Shown here piece by piece: positions 24,174-26,826 of a stretch of 26,826 nucleotides of DNA (position 1 is the first letter of the stretch; every line of letters begins with the position of its first letter). The translations under genes and the position numbers were made by a program. The DNA comes from a virus (Duplodnaviria > Caudoviricetes): positions 1-26,826 of the IMG/VR virus record IMGVR_UViG_3300037721_000033; one strand, 5' to 3'. The notes under the pieces were generated by a model. The model was not told the DNA's origin. It did not search any database and saw only the letters and a list, made by a program, of their open reading frames with translations.

Positions 24174-25649
24174 TCAGCCGCCCCGCCGTGTTGGCATAGA
24201 CGAAAAAATCACGCCCCCGCTACCATCGTATCTACCGCCACCGGTACCCGTCGCAAGCCACACCGCGCGGGCCCGGATGGTGGCCACGTACCGATCGCCG
24301 TCCGGCTGCATCGGGATCTCGCCCAGATACTCCATCAGCACCTCACGCGCCGCGGTGATGTCCTCGCCCTCGAGCACGCTGCGTATCTGAGACACGGCCT
24401 CGCGCCACATCCGCTCGGAGGGTAGGGCGATCACGGCGGATCGGCCGGACCGGCGCTGCGCCTCCGCAATGGCTGGCGCGGCAACCTCAGCGCTCAGCAT
24501 GCCCTCACGCACCATTCGCCGCAGCTCGCCCACCTGGGGATCCTCGAGCTCGGCCTGCTGCTCACGGGCCAGCGCACGCATCTGGCGCATGGCCTCGGCA
24601 ATCGAGTCAGGGTCAAGTAGCCGCGTCATCACCGGCTCGAGCACGTACTGCTCGACGGTCGTGCGCGGCACCGTCAGTGCGTTGACACAGGCATGTGGCC
24701 CGCCGTTGCGGTGCGTGCTGCAGGCGTACCGGTGCTGGCTGCCGCCCATCACGGTCATGTGCGAGCCGCACAGGGCGCACTTGAGCAGCCCGGACAGAAG
24801 GTACCGGCGCGGCGCGGCGGGCAGCGTGTTGCGGCGGAAGCGCGCCTGCGCCATGCCCCAGGTCTCGCGGTCAACCAGCGGCTCGACTTGCCGTTCAATC
24901 CACTCGGACTGCGGCCGTTCGATCCGCTTGCGCACGCCGCTCACCGGGTCTTTGACCCACTGCGAGCGGTTGTAAATCAGTCTGCCGACATAGCGATCAT
25001 TCTGCAGCATCGCCCTCACGCAGCTTCCAAGCCATCGGCCATGCCGTGCGCGGCGCTCGCGGGTCCAGCTGGCACCGGGTGCAGGGATTGCGCGCGCGTT
25101 CAGGGTGGATGCGATCTGCTTGAGCGACTGGCCGGCGGTCCAGAGCTCGAATATCTCGCGAACCACATCCGCCTCACCCTCGCGGTACCCGTACGCGCGC
25201 CCGCCGGTCGGATCTCCATGCTCGGCGCGCATCACCAGGGCTGAGCGCGTGCGGTCTGCAATACCGGCCCGGAGCTCCTCGCTCATGATCCCGGACAGCC
25301 CGGCCTGCATCCGCGCGGTGCGGCTGCTGCTGTCGTAGCCATCCTGCACCCCAACCACGCGCACGCCGCGGAATGTCTGCTGCGAGATCATCGGCCCAAT
25401 GTCCTGGCTGCGCGACAGGCGCGACAGGTCCATCACCAGCAGCACGTCGCCACGCTCGAGCTGCGACAGGGCAGCGCGCACCGCCGGCCGGTTGCCGATG
25501 GCAGCACCGGATATGCCCTCGTCCCGGTGCTCACCTACGACCTGCCAGCCGTGTTGCTGGGCGTACTGGCGGCACACGCGGAGCTGGTCCGCGATCGATG
25601 AATCAGCCTGACGGTCGGTGCTGTACCGGGCGTAGATGATGGCTCGCAT
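24174..25649 (-). CDS. int: Large serine recombinase (integrase)
   Basis: MRAIIYARYST (catalytic Ser), DEGISG, DLSRLSR, recombinase domain (GGRAYGY...Y.G...YNR), and zinc ribbon YLLSGLLKCALCGS...YAC. Confidence 0.96.
   Translation of the reverse strand: MRAIIYARYSTDRQADSSIADQLRVCRQYAQQHGWQVVGEHRDEGISGAAIGNRPAVRAALSQLERGDVLLVMDLSRLSRSQDIGPMISQQTFRGVRVVGVQDGYDSSSRTARMQAGLSGIMSEELRAGIADRTRSALVMRAEHGDPTGGRAYGYREGEADVVREIFELWTAGQSLKQIASTLNARAIPAPGASWTRERRARHGRWLGSCVRAMLQNDRYVGRLIYNRSQWVKDPVSGVRKRIERPQSEWIERQVEPLVDRETWGMAQARFRRNTLPAAPRRYLLSGLLKCALCGSHMTVMGGSQHRYACSTHRNGGPHACVNALTVPRTTVEQYVLEPVMTRLLDPDSIAEAMRQMRALAREQQAELEDPQVGELRRMVREGMLSAEVAAPAIAEAQRRSGRSAVIALPSERMWREAVSQIRSVLEGEDITAAREVLMEYLGEIPMQPDGDRYVATIRARAVWLATGTGGGRYDGSGGVIFSSMPTRRGG
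24206..24225 (+). other. tRNA-fMet-like 3' end inside the integrase C-terminus (candidate attP core)
   Basis: AAATCACGCCCCCGCTACCA resembles the initiator tRNA end TCAAATCC(T/G)GCCCCCGC(T/A)ACCA. Confidence 0.55.
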
Positions 25650-25744
25650 TGCGGTCCCTGTTGTTGCTGTTCGCGGGCTCGGCGGATGGCTGCGCGCGCG
25701 AGTATACCGATCAGGCGGCAGATGGCAGGCTCGGGCTTGTTCAT
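25535..25744 (-). CDS. Small basic helical protein overlapping the integrase start (candidate directionality factor)
   Basis: ATGA overlap with the HAD gene; RLIGILARAAIRRARE helix directly before the serine integrase. Confidence 0.45.
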   Translation of the reverse strand: MNKPEPAICRLIGILARAAIRRAREQQQQGPQCEPSSTPGTAPTVRLIHRSRTSSACAASTPSNTAGRS

Positions 25745-26238
25745 CGAAGCAACTCAATGCAGCGGTCCGCGTGCGCAGCGGTAAGCCCGATTTGATTGTC
25801 CGTCTGCACTAGCGGCTGGCTCGGCAGAAAGTCACTGTCGTCATCCAGGCAAACGAACTTGCCATCGAAGCCCGTATTCTCGATCCACTCAGCGATCTGG
25901 TTGCCGCGGAACCCGCCGCCGCCCGGGGTCCTGTCGATAACCGGGCAGGGGCTGCGCATGCCGGCTTTAACCAAGATCTCTCGAAGCTCCACCGCTCCCC
26001 GGCCGATGCGCCAGGTAGACGACACCACGATGTTGCAGCCACTCTCGTCCACGATGCGCTGCAGGTGCGGGATTGTGTCAGGGTCGATGCCCCATATGCT
26101 GCGCTGCTTGGCGCGTATCGCCCACTGCACGCTGTTCAGCACGCCGTCGATGTCGAGGAACAGCACCGGACGCTGACTGCAGTCCAGCGCATGCGCCGCA
26201 GCCTGGTAGTCCAGGAGCTTTGTCAGGTCTGCGATCAT
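25741..26238 (-). CDS. HAD-superfamily domain protein (HAD_SAK_2-like)
   Basis: VLFLDIDGVLN, IVVSSTWR, RG.QI..W, FVCLDDDSD, GLT. Confidence 0.9.
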   Translation of the reverse strand: MIADLTKLLDYQAAAHALDCSQRPVLFLDIDGVLNSVQWAIRAKQRSIWGIDPDTIPHLQRIVDESGCNIVVSSTWRIGRGAVELREILVKAGMRSPCPVIDRTPGGGGFRGNQIAEWIENTGFDGKFVCLDDDSDFLPSQPLVQTDNQIGLTAAHADRCIELLR

Positions 26239-26486
26239 GGGGCGGCCTTGGCGACCACCAGCCAGTGTTCATGCCTGCGCAGAGAATCTCTCTTCGAGGG
26301 GTCCCACGTGCTTCTGCAAGCCATGAGCGGATAGGATGCACCCTGGAATCCCCAGACAGTTTCCATGCGTCCGGCGTCCATGTCGGTCAGCGTGCTGAAG
26401 ATTATCAGCTGTGATTCGTGCTGAATGTAGAGCGTCGCGTAGACACTCTCGCTAGTCTCTAAAACATGGTAGTCATGGAATTTCAC
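26235..26486 (-). CDS. Hypothetical protein
   Basis: GTG start (VKFHDYH...) with a GAGGGAGG RBS, overlapping the upstream stop. Confidence 0.65.
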   Translation of the reverse strand: MKFHDYHVLETSESVYATLYIQHESQLIIFSTLTDMDAGRMETVWGFQGASYPLMACRSTWDPSKRDSLRRHEHWLVVAKAAP

Positions 26487-26716
26487 AACCCCTCCCTCAC
26501 CAACACCGGGCACCAGCTCGGCGTGACAACCCGGCCGTCTTGACTGCGGTTGACCTGCCGAGCAGCCAGAATGACGAAACTCGCCACAACAGTCGGCTCG
26601 GCGCAGGCGCCTCCTGCCGATGAGTCGCGTTGTCGGAAGTGCCTGCAGCCCTGGCAGGACTTCCAGGCCGGTATCTCTACCGGGCCGTCGTTGAGGTGGG
26701 CGCGGTGGGGGCTCAT
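26483..26716 (-). CDS. Cys-rich hypothetical protein
   Basis: SCQGCRHF...C..P...TPSWCP pattern; ATGA overlap. Confidence 0.6.
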   Translation of the reverse strand: MSPHRAHLNDGPVEIPAWKSCQGCRHFRQRDSSAGGACAEPTVVASFVILAARQVNRSQDGRVVTPSWCPVLVREGL

Positions 26717-26826
26717 GTGCACGCCCTTTTATTCCACTGCTCGATAACAAAATGCACGTCGGGCACGCCATTTATTTCGCCACTCCAATGGCCAAAATCT
26801 ACCTGCCCACCGCATTCAACCGTGTC
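26713..26826 (-). CDS. C-terminal fragment, possibly Lar-like restriction alleviation protein
   Basis: ...DTVECGGQVDFGHW...VIEQWNKRACT*. A CG...WNxR ending is typical of Lar-like proteins; truncated by the window. Confidence 0.4.
   Translation of the reverse strand, partial: DTVECGGQVDFGHWSGEINGVPDVHFVIEQWNKRACT

Noticed and set aside
24104-24180. Functional tRNA-Val gene
   Set aside because: No 5' acceptor strand complementary to CGCGCCC, a degenerate D-arm and a mismatched anticodon stem; treated as a fragment.
1-26826. CRISPR array or diversity-generating retroelement
   Set aside because: No regularly spaced repeats, no reverse transcriptase, and no long TR/VR-like duplicated segment seen.

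Overview
The whole window is phage sequence from a GC-rich, temperate, P22-like (podovirus-type) phage, probably infecting a proteobacterium; no host housekeeping genes are visible. The + strand (1-21061) carries the late operon: a DUF1064-like nuclease, a LuxR-type HTH protein, small and large terminase, P22-like portal, scaffold and coat, head-completion and tail-hub proteins (gp4/gp10-like), a tail fibre/needle, three ejection proteins, a tailspike, an antisense SAM methyltransferase, and a lysis cassette with an M15 peptidase. It ends with an unusual His-rich, 11-residue-repeat, CCC-motif gene next to tandem LexA-like boxes. The - strand (21141-26826) is a tightly overlapped run of small early/accessory genes with a large serine integrase. 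Three things stand out. (1) An un-annotated 47-aa acidic ORF sits behind a strong promoter with tandem operators and is followed by an HTH gene and a GIY-YIG/Aca1-like HTH fusion, which is an anti-CRISPR (acr-aca)-like architecture. (2) Two different tRNA-derived att-like motifs lie at the integrase 3' end, a tRNA-fMet-like end inside the gene and a tRNA-Val(GAC) 3' half just outside it. (3) An SOS-box-linked Zn-finger gene and the CCC-motif gene form a divergent pair. All family assignments come from motif recognition and gene order, not from database searches.
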